A stretch of DNA of 64,000 nucleotides from Eledone cirrhosa (Eukaryota), in the NCBI GenBank assembly GCA_964016885.1, contig OZ024742.1, forward strand, positions 221,774,001 to 221,838,000, in the 5' to 3' direction. Below the pieces are notes generated by a model that made no database searches, was not told the origin of the DNA, and saw only the letters and a program-made list of their open reading frames with translations. Below, in pieces: positions 25,043 to 38,352 of this stretch (positions are counted from its first letter, which is position 1; each line of letters begins with the position of its first letter). The position numbers were made by a program, and so were the translations under genes.

Positions 25043-25985
25043 GTGGCCCGAAATAGATTCAACGATAGATCTCCACGTGGGTCTGTCACTCGTGGAAGTA
25101 GCTAAGTCCTGAATGTGAACACCAACATCTTGACATCTGGATATGGAAACTTGCTGCAACCCGTTTGTCTTGAGACAGTAACAGGTTTCCAAAGCACCAA
25201 AGAGGACACAGCTTCATTTGAGGCCCGATGACAATGACCAGCAAACCTCACTCTCCTCCTTCTACGTACAACATCAGTTATATGCAGCAGACCATTATAT
25301 ATCTCCCAGAGAGTCTTGTGTTCGCTCCAGTTTATGTTTTGAGAGTGTCTGAGAAGTGATGGATGTATAGGCTCCATCAAGACATCTGTATTGCTAGGCT
25401 GAGAGTGTCCAAGTCACACTACCATAGAGTAGTGTTGGCTGGATTGTGACTTGAAAGAGCCTGACTTTGGAAGAGTTAGGAAGACAGGAGTGCCAAATAC
25501 AGTCTAACTTGTTGCAAGATGACCAAGCTTGGGCTTTTCTGGTGGTAAAGTCCTTCCCAGAATTCAGAATCCAGGATCCGAGGTACTTAAATTCTTCAAA
25601 CTTTTTGATAGTACTGCCATCTTGAGTTTTCAGGATGAATTCAGTATTCTGTCTTGCTATCATTAAGGTGAAGGCAAATGAGGGCAACTGCTTCTTGAAG
25701 TGAAATAAGGAGATATTGCGCCTTCTCCATGCAGTCTACTAGAAGAGAAATATCATCAAAGTTGAGATCTGTAAGATGAGTTGAGGGGTGTCTGGAACTC
25801 CTTTGAGGTTTGATGGTAATACCTTTAACATTGATTGTGTCGAACGAGTGTCTCAGGGCATAGTCTAAAGCAATGACATAGGAATGGGGCAAGTGTGTCA
25901 CCTTGCAACACTCCTACAAAGATTTCAAAGAAGTTGGTCAGGCCATCAGGTTTGATAATAGTGGTACTAGTGTTCTCATAAAGGG
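25043..25985 (-). mobile_element. Decayed RTE/RTEX-like LINE 3' fragment between (GGT/GAT)n tracts
   Basis: FKYLGSWI..RKAQAWSSCNKL..LLYGSVTWTL and RFAGHCHR; frameshifted. Confidence 0.8.
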
Positions 25986-26746
25986 TGGTGACTAATAGTA
26001 TTGGCGGCTGTAGTAGTGTTGGTGATGGTAGTTATGATGGCTGTGGTAGTGTTAGTGATGGAAGTGGTAGTGGCTGTCGTAGTGTTGGTGATGGTATTTA
26101 TGGTGGTGACTGGTAGTGTTGGTGGTGGTGGCTGTGATAGTGTTGGTGTTGGAAATGGTAGTGGTGATGGTGGTAACTGTGGTAGTGTTGGTGGTAGCTG
26201 TGGTAGTGTTGGTGATGGAAGTGGTAGTGGTTGTAGTAGTGTTGGTGATGGTAGTTATGGTGGCTGTGGTGATGGAAAGTTGTGACTAGTGACATTGTAT
26301 TTGACCGATTATTTGTATATATGTGTGTGAGTGTGTGTGTATGCGTGTGAGCAAGAGAGAAAGAGAGAGAGAGAAATCAGTTATCAAATTGAAAATCTCT
26401 TAATATTTTTATCTTAATCAGAGTACCAAAGTACTTCACAACCGATTAAATCTATCTATATATATGTATACATAATTGCTTGTTTGTTGGTCTGTTTATT
26501 ACCAATGCACTCAAAAACCAGTTAAGCAATCATGTTCAAACTTAACTTGGAAGGTCCTTAGACTCAGCTATAGGTTGTCCTCAAACTTGGACCTATATTG
26601 TTTTAAGGGACAGAAGATAATCCTCATTCAACTAAAATTTGACTTAACCGTTAGTTTTTTAGTTTTTTTTACGACAAATAAATGGAATTTAATGCAGTGT
26701 GTGTATCACGAGGTATTGTTAATGTGTTACTGGGTGATATATATAC

Positions 26747-26837
<91 letters not shown>

Positions 26838-26851
26838 CATATATATATATA

Positions 26852-27325
26852 TATATGAATAAAGTGGTCCTTCATCAGTGATCTTCCAGCCATCATCGGT
26901 ATTTCTTCGCTTTAAAGACCATATACCTCCGGTTGGTGCGAGCAACGGCTAAAGAAAGTCGTTGGGACATGTAAATAAACGGAACAGCGAGAGTGTAAAC
27001 AAACAAAGATGGTGAAGCAACGAAAAGTGAGGAAGATCGAGTCAAGTCCAAAAATTTCCATGAATATAAGTTCGGTGAAATCGTGAACGAGAGAGAATAA
27101 AGACCATCAAACCTGGTTGAAATGTGAGCAAGGAAGGAATTTCGCACAGGTCTAACGGGAGGAAGAAGGGGTCTAGTCTGTGAATTCGGTAAACATAAGT
27201 TCTGTGAAATCGTAGACGAGAGAGAGAAAAAAATGCCGACCCTTTGATGGTTGGAAGATCACTGACGAAGGACCACTTTATTCATATGTAACCCATTTGC
27301 AACTCCGCAGCACGTTTATTCTCAT
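26852..27325. mobile_element. Fragment of the repeat family at 43385-44270, with short inverted arm
   Basis: 26852-27240 matches 43417-43805; 27245-27288 is an inverted copy of 26852-26896; flanked by (TA)n. Confidence 0.65.
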
Positions 27326-27334
27326 ATATATATA

Positions 27335-27612
27335 TCGCTTTTTAATTGGCTTTGCAAGATTTTTTATCTGAAAACGTGTGTTGAAACATCACACAAAAAC
27401 AAGATGGTGTAGGATAGAACAAAGGAGAGACTCAAAATAAAAACTTAATCACTGAGGAGGTCACAGAATGTGTGACGAAAGACCTTTGGAAATATATAAA
27501 CAACCATCCGGTTATCGAACTAACCAACCAGAAATTTATAATAAATTGAATTGAAAACCAACAAATACGTGTGTTTTTATTGGCAGAATGACCCTTCCAA
27601 AGTAAAACAATA
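27335..27612 (+). mobile_element. Penelope pLTR fragment with hammerhead motif
   Basis: Homologous to 33370-33633; CUGAGGA-G-GUCAC..GUGAC-GAAA at 27452-27480. Confidence 0.75.
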
Positions 27613-27708
27613 TATATATATAGTAATAATAATAAATTTGAAGACTAAAATCCAAAGAGGGCTCGATAAGGATAAATATATATCAAATATATAAGAAGCG
27701 TAGAGCAA

Positions 27709-27855
27709 ATATTTATTAAAATAACAGATTAAAGTTTAAGCAAAGAATCGCTGCTTTCACCCTTAACGGGATCTCCTGAAAGTTTCAGAAGATCCCGTTA
27801 AGGGTGAAAGCAGCGATTCTTTGCTTAAACTTTAATCTGTTATTTTAATAAATAT
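27709..27855. repeat. 147-bp near-perfect palindrome derived from a PLE pLTR
   Basis: Arms 27709-27781 and 27783-27855, one mismatch, 1-nt centre; same sequence as 47740-47815 and 52309-52382. Confidence 0.9.
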
Positions 27856-27962
27856 ATATATATATACATATATATACATATATACATATACATATATATA
27901 TATTGTTATACTTGGGGATATAAAAAACCTCGCAAAACTAATTCATATATATATACATATAC

Positions 27963-28024
<62 letters not shown>

Positions 28025-28675
28025 CTCGCTCTCTTTGAGAGAGAGAGTGTGTGTGTGCGTGTCTGATGACACACACACTGCATTAACTTCCATTTACTTT
28101 TCGTAAACAACAAACAAAACTAACGGTCGAATCAAATTTTCGGTGAATAGACCTTTATTTGGAAGATAGTCTCATAAAACTAGGGCAATGAATCTGTCCT
28201 CCAAATTACATGAAAACGGATTTGACTTCCAAATGACGCAAAAACAATTCCTTTTTCAGAAAACGGAAAGATTTGGCTGCTATTTCTAGCATGTCGACCT
28301 AGTACGTAGCTGCTGACATTTTATCGTAGCTGCCCCTTTTCGAAAAATATCCGCCTCCAGTTCGGAAAACGGAAGGTTTAAGTTAGGGTTAGAGGTAGGG
28401 TTGGGGTTAAGGTTAGGTAATCCCAAGAAAAAAAAAAAATTTTTTTTTAAAGAAAACTTCATGGAAGGGGAAAAGTTCGCGATCCGCCCCCTCTTCTTCC
28501 GTTTTCTGGGGAAAACCATTTGCAGCATAGTTGGAGATGAGATTAATTGATAGTTCACGAACAAACCGAGGAAAAATAATTGTTTCCAACAAAAATCGAG
28601 AGGGTGTTCTAAAAATTTACTGAATTTTCATCATAATTTACTTTTATGGGTTTTCTATTTCAAATTTATTTGAAA

Positions 28676-30722
28676 GCCATAGGTTAAGTATATCAACCTG
28701 CCAACATGTTCTTAAACAAGTGTCAATTCATTCAAACGTTGTTTCCATTATAAATGATTAGAAGATAAAGCATTATTAAAGTTTTATAAGCCATAATGAT
28801 TTATATTTTCAACAATTGATGATGTACGTCTAAAACCCAGGCTTAGTTGGTTACTGTTTTTTCCTGACCTTATGCGAAGCTTGGAATGTAGACAAAGCTT
28901 TATGAAGGCAGTTTGATAATAATTCAATTTTTTTGTTAATTAAGTTTTCATAATTATTAATTATCAATAGGGTCTTCCAATAACTCTGGAAAATATCTCT
29001 GTCTGTAGAGTGCTTTCAATCTACTGTAAAACTCATTCTTTGATGTACTCATTGAATCTTGTTTAACTCTTTAAAATGTATTGCTCCCAGTTGGTTGAGC
29101 GCTTTTCTATACAATAGATTGCATATTCAATAAATATGGATTTCTTAAACTTCCCGACATCCCTCAAGGATATACCAATACCTTCAAATGAGGAAAATTA
29201 TCGAACAAACTAACTCTTTTATAAGAAGAATGAGATGGCGAGCATTTCATTTCGAAAATAAAGATACTGAAAGAAAAACCAACAGCAATCATTTCGAATC
29301 TTTATTTAAATCAAAAAAGAATCCTCCATACAACAAACTTCTGGAGGATTTTGAAACCGAAATGCTTGGTATACTTAAAAAAATTAAATTTAGGAAAAAG
29401 CCATATATAGGTCACCAATACCTTAGAACTCTAAAAGAAAAAATCACAGAAATAAAAAAAGTTAACAAAATATTGGTTAAACCGGACAAAACAAATAATC
29501 TATATGGGATAAACAAAGAAGAATATAACAACTTAATTTTAAAGGAACTTAGGAAAAATTATAAAAAAGCCCCGGCTGAAGATCTTACAGGAATTAATGA
29601 GGATGCATATAAATTAATTACCAATTTAGGAATAGAAGGAAGAACTGAGCCACTTATACCTAGGCAGCCGCGGATTAACTTAAAAGATCACAAAAGAAAC
29701 TTCGAGGAAGACCTGCCAGTTAGACTGATTGCTCCATCCAAATCGGATATTGGAGTAATCAGGAAAAACATTATTGATAGAATTCTACCTGCTCTTAAAT
29801 TGAGCTTGTGGAAAGATACAAACGAAGCCATAAATTCATCCAGATGGACATAACAAACTACTATTCTTCCATAACGCCCAACCTACTAAATAAGGCACTA
29901 TCATACGCTTATAAGCATACTAATCTAACTACGGATGAAATTGATATCGTACTAACAGCTAGAAGATCTCTTATTAACTTCAACAATGAATATTGGACCC
30001 GCTCAGATAGAAATAGAAACTTTGATATCACTATGGGGGCATCTGATTCAGCGCAAATCACAGATCTGGGGATTTTCATATTAAATATGATAAATAGAAA
30101 ACTGCCGGAGATTACCGGTGGTTTATATAGGGACGACATTTTATTTACGGTGGTCAAATACAACAATATTGAACAAAAGTATAATAGAATTCTTTAAAAT
30201 GTATGACCTTAAGTTAGAAGTAGAAAGTGGTACCAAAATAGTTAATTTTCTTGATGTTGCATTCTCAAACTAAAAATAAAAAAAAATTATAACTCCAGAT
30301 ATCTATAGTCTTCTTTCAAACATTAATAACTCTATAACTGTTACATTAAAGGAATCTTTTTCTTACTCACACCCTCTCTATTGATTCTATTACGTTTTCG
30401 CATGTTCTCATTTGTAGGGTATAAATATGTGTTTTCTCACAAGTTAATCACTACCTTGATTAAATCTTAACCATTTAACATGTCAAGGTATGTCATATAT
30501 CATTTTATTTTATCTGATGAGGACGTACTATTGAATTTGATTCAAGTACCTCTGAAATATGTATAATAAAATTTAATTGATCACAAGAACATCTATTTTA
30601 TTTTATTAATATTTAAATTTAATATTAATAACTCTGGAAAATATCTCTCTGTAGAGTGCTTTCAATCTACTGTAAAACTCATTCTTTGATGTACTCATTG
30701 AATCTTGTTTAACTCTTTAAAA
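28676..30722 (+). mobile_element. Penelope-like element family A: inverted 3' piece, N-terminus/RT, pLTR
   Basis: FIRRMRWRAFHF, PDKTNNLY, LKDHK, FIQMDITNYY, MGASDSAQ, GLYRDD; 28979-29075 is repeated at 30628-30722; 28676-28973 duplicates 35939-36233. Confidence 0.88.
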
Positions 30723-31053
30723 TATATATATATATATATATATATACTAAGATGTTAAGAAAAAGACACAAACAACAATTACACAAAGTCTTATTAGTTT
30801 CACACTTGTGGCAAAAAGAGAAAGAATGTCTCAACGTATCGTACGTTAGTCCTTAGTTGAAAAAAGAGAAAAGTGAGCAGAGAGAGAGGGGGTTTGGTAA
30901 GTTGGAAAAACGGGGAGAGGTTTATCAAAAGGGACGAAGAAGGTAGGCAAGAAAACGAGAGCAGAAGAGGAAAAGGACAAAGAAGTGGAAACAAGGAGAA
31001 TATAAACACACAAACGAAAGCGCACGCACGCACACACACACACAGAGACGCAT

Positions 31054-31146
<93 letters not shown>

Positions 31147-31267
31147 TAATTTTATTAGGTAAACGTTTGAAAAAGGGGGAAAAAAAGGAAAGTTCAACGT
31201 ATCGGACGCTAGTCCTTCATCAGAAGTAGAGGAATACAAAGATAAGGTTCAGAGAGTAGAAGTAACG
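30256..31267. repeat. Left arm of ~1-kb inverted repeat (right arm 34055-35023)
   Basis: Near-identical reverse complement, including the (TA)n junction between two different pLTR modules. Confidence 0.9.
30508..30571 (+). ncRNA. Type I hammerhead motif with long stem II (inverted copy 34709-34772)
   Basis: UUUUAU-CUGAUGA-(GUAC..UUGAA/UUCAA..GUAC)-GAAAUAUGUAUA-AUAAAA. Confidence 0.6.
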
Positions 31268-33688
31268 GAACTCAACCTTGCTCTCACTGATCATTTCTAC
31301 GCATTTCTCCACAGCTTCCAGGCCTGGAACAATGACGTGCCGGCGTTGTATGGGCTTCGAAAAGACCATAAAACGGGCTGTGACCCTGTCGCGGGACCAC
31401 CAACACGGCCAGTCTGTGGAGCTAACATTGCTAGTAACTACAGACTGTCCTACTTCCTCTCCCTGATCATACGCCCTATCATTGAAATGTCTCCAGATGT
31501 ATGTGACAGCACGGAGGACCTCCTCAGCAGAATCGGCGTGGGTAACCGATCTAGGGACCTAACAAACTGCATAATAGGCAGTATGGATGTTGTGTCCCTG
31601 TATCCATCTATTGACGTGGATTTTGCTGTGGAGAAATGCGTAGAAATAATCAGTGAGAGCAAGGTTGAGTTCCGTGGGATTGATACCAGTGAGCTGGGAC
31701 TCCTACTTAAGCTTACCTATAGTAATAATTACCTAGACACATATGACCTTAGCAACCTGTGCCCTACAAGACCAGCAAGAGGCAGACCACCTACCATTAC
31801 CTCAATGGCCAAGAAAACCCACACAGATAGATGGAACGGGTGGACCAGAGCCATACGGACACCCGAAAACCACGATGAACTGAAGAAAATGATTGCACAT
31901 GCGGTAGGGGCCAGCATAAAACTAACCCTTAAGGAACATATGTTCAAATTTAATAGAAAAACATATGCCCAAGAGGAAGGAGCAGCCATTGGTGTTAGCA
32001 TTGCAGGCGACATAGCTAACTTATTCATGGTATGGTGGGACAGTAGACTTAAACTTAAACTTAAAGAACAATTAGAAGACCCCTTAACCCTGATAATGTA
32101 CTCCCGCTACGTAGATGATATAAACATCGTAGTTAAGACACCCCCACTAGAGAACAGTCAGGAACTAGAGAAAAACAATGGAAAGCATCCAGCAAATAGC
32201 AAACTCCATCCACCAGAGCATTAGAGTTACTATAGACTACCCAAGTAAACACCCCAACCATCGATTACCTGTACTAGACACAGAGCTGTGGTTAGATACC
32301 ATTAACAACAAAAAACAAATCCTCCATTCCCATTATGCCAAACCCATGACTTCCAAACATCTGATCCACCGAAACTCAGCCGTTTCGGACAATACCAAAA
32401 TCAACATACTGATTGCGGATTTGGTACGGGTGATGAGAAATGTGTCCCGCATGTGCAACCCCGAAGAACTAGAGAGACACATACAACACTTCATCCACCG
32501 TATGCAGTTCTCTGGCTACAATCAGAGAGATAAAATCAGAGTGTATAGAGGAGCCAGAACCAAATGGGAAAAAATGGTAAATAATGAAATAAATGGGACC
32601 TGCCCCTTGTATAGGAGCAAATTTTGGAATAGAATAGAAAGAACTAGGAACAAGGCTAATAGAATAAACTCATGGTATGATAGCAATAAATACCAGAGTG
32701 TAATGTTCATCGATACAACCCCTAGAGGTGAATTAGCTTACAAATTTAGAAGGGCCCTAAATAAACATAAACTCAATATTAAGATAGTAGAAAGACCAGG
32801 TACCTCCGTAAAAACACTTATTAGCAAGACATACCCTTTTCAAAGACCCTCATGTATAGATAAGAAATGTATAACCTGTAAAATAAGCCCCCATATTAAC
32901 TGTAAAACTAGAAATGTAGTGTAGAGCATAAGATGTACTGAAGGACAATGTAGAGACAAAAATATAGTGTCCATAGGTGAGACAGCTCGTAGTGTAGGGG
33001 AACGGATAAATGAACACTGGCGAGACCTTCAAGATAATAAAGAATCATCTGTACTCTACCAACATGCTAAAATAGAACACAAGGGTAAATTAGAGAACAT
33101 AGAAATAAAAATAGAATCTACACACAGAAAAGACGCAATGTTTAGACAAATTACAGAGGCAATAAACATAAAAGAATTACAACCAAAATTAAATAGAAAA
33201 TATGAGTGGAACAGCAACATCACAACTTACAATTAAGGACAAAATGAAAACACACACACACATAGAACAAACAACCAACCAGTAACATGTAAATAAACAA
33301 ATAAATAAATGAACATAAACACACACAGACACCCGGATGTGGCGCATGCGCAGACTGAGCACACAACACACACACAGAAACAAAATGGCGTAGGACAGAA
33401 CAAAGGAGAGGCACAGAAACAAAGAAAGGAATCCCCAGTCACTGAAGAGGTCACAGAGTGTGTGACGAAAGAACTATGACTATATATAAACAACTATCTG
33501 GTTGTGGAACCAACCAACCAACCAACCGGAAATTTATAAATTCCTAAATTTATAAATTATAATAAATTGAAGTGAAAGCAACTGGTGCGTGTGTTTCTTA
33601 TTGGCAACATGACCCTCCCAAAGTATAACAATATCGGTTTCAACACACGATTTCAGATAAAGAATCTTGCTAAACAAATTCAGAAACG

Positions 33689-33690
<2 letters not shown>
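31265..33690 (+). mobile_element. Penelope-like element family B, 5'-truncated, RT plus GIY-YIG plus pLTR
   Basis: LYGLRKDHK, SMDVVSLYPSID, YSRYVDD, LPVLD, GETARS..RINEH; one frameshift and one stop; short 5' inversion (31265-31316 is the reverse complement of ~31624-31675). Confidence 0.92.
33437..33481 (+). ncRNA. Type I hammerhead ribozyme in PLE-B pLTR (second copy 43007-43051)
   Basis: AGUCA-CUGAAGA-G-GUCAC-loop-GUGAC-GAAAG-AA-CUA-UGACU; stems I and II fully paired. Confidence 0.75.
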
Positions 33691-33770
<80 letters not shown>

Positions 33771-33915
33771 AGTATTTCCGTGGAAAAGGTAAAGGAAACA
33801 AGAGTGCTCTATGTATAGTACAGAGCTATTTGATTATGTAATAAACAACACAATATACTCCGTGAAACCTTGGGTAATGGAATAATTATATTGTGTTTTT
33901 TTATTACATAATTAA

Positions 33916-33978
<63 letters not shown>

Positions 33979-34054
33979 TGAGAGTACTGTAGTAAAGGTT
34001 TGGTAGAAATATATATATATTTAGATGTGTGTGTGAGTATGAACCCCATCTTTG

Positions 34055-34179
34055 CGTTACTTCTACTCTCTGAACCTTATCTTTGTATTCCTCTACTTCT
34101 GATGAAGGACTAGCGTCCGATACGTTGAACTTTCCTTTTTTTTTCCCTTTTTCAAACGTTTACCTAATAAAATTATGTA

Positions 34180-34218
<39 letters not shown>

Positions 34219-35023
34219 ATGCGTCTCTGTGTGTGTGTGTGTGCGTGTGTGCGTGCGTGCGCTTTCGTTTGTGTGTTTATATTCTCCTTGTTTCCACTTC
34301 TTTGTCCTTTTCCTCTTCTGCTCTCGTTTTCTTGCCTACCTTCTTCGTCCCTTTTGATAAACCTCTCCCCGTTTTTCCAACTTACCAAACCCCCTCTCTC
34401 TCTGCTCACTTTTCTCTTTTTTCAACTAAGGACTAACGTACGATACGTTGAGACATTCTTTCTCTTTTTGCCACAAGTGTGAAACTAATAAGACTTTGTG
34501 TAATTGTTGTTTGTGTCTTTTTCTTAACATCTTAGTATATATATATATATATATATATATTAAAGAGTTAAACAAGATTCAATGAGTACATCAAAGAATG
34601 AGTTTTACAGTAGATTGAAAGCACTCTACAGAGAGATATTTTCCAGAGTTATTAATATTAAATTTAAATATTAATAAAATAAAATAGATGTTCTTGTGAT
34701 CAATTAAATTTTATTATACATATTTCAGAGGTACTTGAATCAAATTCAATAGTACGTCCTCATCAGATAAAATAAAATGATATATGACATACCTTGACAT
34801 GTTAAATGGTTAAGATTTAATCAAGGTAGTGATTAACTTGTGAGAAAACACAATATTTATACCCTACAAATGAGAACATGCGAAAACGTAATAGAATCAA
34901 TAGAGAGGGTGTGAGTAAGAAAAAGATTCCTTTAATGTAACAGTTATAGAGTTATTAAAGTTTGAAAGAAGACTAGATATCTGGAGTTATAATTTTTTTT
35001 AATTTTTAGTTTGAGAATGCAAC
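34055..35023. repeat. Right arm of ~1-kb inverted repeat
   Basis: Reverse complement of 30256-31267. Confidence 0.9.
34095..34130 (+). ncRNA. Hammerhead-like motif, GAUA variant (inverted copy 31192-31227)
   Basis: CUGAUGA-A-GGAC-UAGC-GUCC-GAUAC-GUU. Confidence 0.55.
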
Positions 35024-36640
35024 TGATAGATAATTAAAGAGAGAGAGAGATAAAGGGGAGTAATTTATGCACAAATCTTCTTCAGACACATATAAACTTG
35101 TCGGTTAAATTTCAAAATATTTAATTTATGTTATTTTAGGGTAACGAATAAAAATTTTAGGTTTTAAAATTGATGGTTTTTTGTGTTATAAATTTTATAA
35201 ATGTATTAAATTTCTAAAATTCAAAGTTTTATGAAATCAAATTTAAAGGATTTACTAGGCCCGAGAAAGAAAAATATATACTGTTCAATATTCACGCAAA
35301 GGTAATCTTTAACAATATTACTTGTATCAGTGTCAATATTTTCCATATGTATAGTTTATGAAGTATTTACAGTTATAATTATTAAGGAATTTATTGTTAA
35401 ATAGTTATAGTGTCTAAAGTATAACAATTAAACCAGAGTTTTCAGCTGTAAATATATATATATATATGTGTGCATTGATCTTAATAAGAGGACTATAAAT
35501 TATTATTTTTATTATCTATTCATATATTATATTAGATCATTACATTAGTTCAGCCTTCTAGGGAAGAACCAAACTCTAATTATGATTATGTCAATATACA
35601 ATATAAATATATATATATTTGGACAAGCTATATATAGAGTTATACCGAACTAAAATTATGATTGTGTATAAACATATTTGCACCAACTACATATAGAGAG
35701 ATATACTAAGTATTAATGAGACAGTATACATTAGTAAAAGATAACGATTACAATCCTAGATAATAGATTCATACATGCATAACTATAAAATACATAGATA
35801 TATATAAAAATGTAAACGCATGAATGATCTACAGTTCAAAATAAGGTCCGTAAAAATTTACAGGTTAGATATCAAAACTATATTTAAAACAGAGATAGAA
35901 AAATAAAGGTGTGGATCAAAGTTAATAATATCCAAAACGCCATAGGTTAAGTATATCAACCTGCCAACATGTTCTTAAACAAGTGTCAATTCATTCAAAC
36001 GTTGTTTCCATTATAAATGATTAGAAGATAAAGCATTATTAAAGTTTTATAAGCCATAATGATTTATATTTTCAACAATTGATGATGTACGTCTAAAACC
36101 CAGGCTTAGTTGGTTACTGTTTTTTCCTGACCTTATGCGAGGCTTGGAATGTAGACAAAGCTTTATGAAGGCATTTTGAGAATAATTCACTTTTTTTTGT
36201 TAAGTTTTCATAATTATTAATTATCAATAGGGTTTCCATTGTACAAAGAGTTCAGTTACTTGATATACTTGAGTTGCGGTAAACTCCACTATTACGAAGT
36301 TTTGTCCAAAATATAGAGTATTTTAAATTTTTGTCTTTTAATGACCATATAAGCTGTGATAAAGAAGTCGATGATTTCCTATTAGAATTCGAAAATGAGC
36401 ATTTATGATTCGCAACTCTAGCCTTAAATTTAGAAGAAGTCGATCCTATGTAGTTGTATGTGTTGTAATCAGTTTTTACGGTACATTTATACACCAAATT
36501 ACTGTCCAAACAATTATTTTGCAGAGGGCAATCTGGTTTATTTCTACAATTACATTTTGATTTATTATTATTTATGTTAACACTATTATTAAAATCATTA
36601 TGCTGATTCTGCTTTAGAATTTTACTGTTTATTTTAGCTT
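34561..36640 (-). mobile_element. Penelope-like family A 3' half: GIY-YIG endonuclease, long AT-rich 3' region, pLTR
   Basis: KCNCRNKPDCPLQNNCLDSNLVYKCTV..YIGSTSSKFKARVANHKCSF; the 3' end equals the family A pLTR. Confidence 0.85.
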
Positions 36641-37892
36641 TATATCGCCGTCACCACCACCACTTCAACTACCATATATATAGACAGAAAGAGAGATACA
36701 GATAGAGTGTTTATGATTTTCTACACGCTGACGCGTATGCGTGTGTATGTGCATATACATACATCTATATGTATGAGTATATAACTATAATCGCGCAAAC
36801 ACAAATTTATAAAAATACACGCTCACGGACATACATTCACACAAATACACATACTTTCACACATACATTTACACAAACACGCATTCACAGATATACATTT
36901 ACATAAACACACACATACAGTCATGATAGCAGCGTTCGGTGAATTGGAAATGGGAGGGTAAAACAAGTATAACGTTTTATTTATTTATTAACAACACAGT
37001 TTAACTCTTTTTTTAAAAAACTCATTTGTATAAAAATCTAAACTATAATAAAATAAGGAGTGTGGGACTGCGTACGGTTTATTTCTTTTAATCCAGTTAG
37101 TAAAATAAGTTGGATTACTTTGAATAAATAATGAATGAATATTACATAATTTATCTACTAAATTTCGTAGCTGTTGATTAAATATATTTTATTGTTTATT
37201 TAAAGATTCACTTCTTTAAAATATATAATATCGTTTTTTTAAAAATGTATCATGGATTACGTTACTGATTACATAAGAGAGTGTAACGCAGTCTTAGTTC
37301 AATTTCTGTGTATATTGTCAATTGGGGTTTTATTTGATGTGCATCTACATGCATATATATTTTTATTTTATTAAATAACGTTACAAATGGGAGTGAAAAT
37401 ATGAACACATATGATATATACAAAGCATACAAATAAATTTACAGTAGAATAACATAAAAAATATGTTTTAAATATATACATAAATAACATTTCAAATGCT
37501 GAGATAACATTATAAATTGCTCATGATTGTTTCAGAAAGATATATTCCTTTAATGTTACAATATTAAAGAAAATATAAAGGAAGGGGTGAACAACTGAGC
37601 CACCACCAGAGGTAAAGACAGCAGTGAGGAGTACTGGGCAACCTCTCTAATGACTGTTGAGGCAAGCCAGCACACTCGCAGTATTACCTCGGGTGATGGC
37701 GAGGCTAATATCATTATGCACACTACACATGCCAGCAGAAAACCACACAAAGGATGGTTTTTCTGCTAGTTTAATATAATGCTTACAGAATGAAAACATT
37801 AACAAATATAACACACACACATATATATATACATATATATATATATAACCCATGCTAGCGTGGAAGAAGGAACTTAAACGATGATGATGATG

Positions 37893-37939
<47 letters not shown>

Positions 37940-38169
37940 CACGCAGACAAGTTTCCTATTTATGTAACCCCCATTCTATATATAAAGATTTGCCTTTTTA
38001 TTAGTCATTAAAGAAAGAATTGTCAATTCTCACATTGAAAAGAAAATAGTAAAAAGTAAAAAAAAATCCCTGAAAATTCAATATGTATCCTCAAATATTA
38101 ATAGTAAAACCTTCAGTGATTGAATATCAGTGTATTTCAGACAAAACCTATTCATTATATCTAACACAC

Positions 38170-38352
38170 GGTGGATTGGCAGTATTGGTAGAGGGTCGGA
38201 CGCCATGCTTTGACGCATAGAGTTACGGCCCTTGCCATTCTGAGTTCAAATCCCGCCGTGGTTAACTTTGCCTTTCACCCTTACGGGGTCGATAAAATAA
38301 AGTACCAGTAATACACTGGGTAATTGCTGGCCTTGTGCCAAAAGTAGAAACA
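38170..38352 (+). mobile_element. Full-length tRNA-derived SINE with 16-bp TSD
   Basis: A box TGGCAGTATTGG, B box GAGTTCAAATCC; TSD ATTATATCTAACACAC at 38154-38169 and 38353-38368. Confidence 0.9.

Noticed and set aside
27258-27320. CTGACGAAGGAC (and CTGATGAAGGAC at ~43440, - strand) as hammerheads
   Set aside because: No closing stem II or GAAA box could be found.
36252-36254. TGA at a position where the PLE endonuclease CxxC expects Cys (selenocysteine as in some Naiad PLEs?)
   Set aside because: Single TGA in a decayed copy, one substitution away from TGT/TGC; no SECIS seen.
37556-37750. Hydrophobic 64-aa ORF as a membrane protein exon
   Set aside because: Another frame resembles a retrotransposon C-terminus; no supported splice partners.
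38170-38255. tRNA gene
   Set aside because: The A/B boxes belong to a SINE head with a TSD; no cloverleaf.
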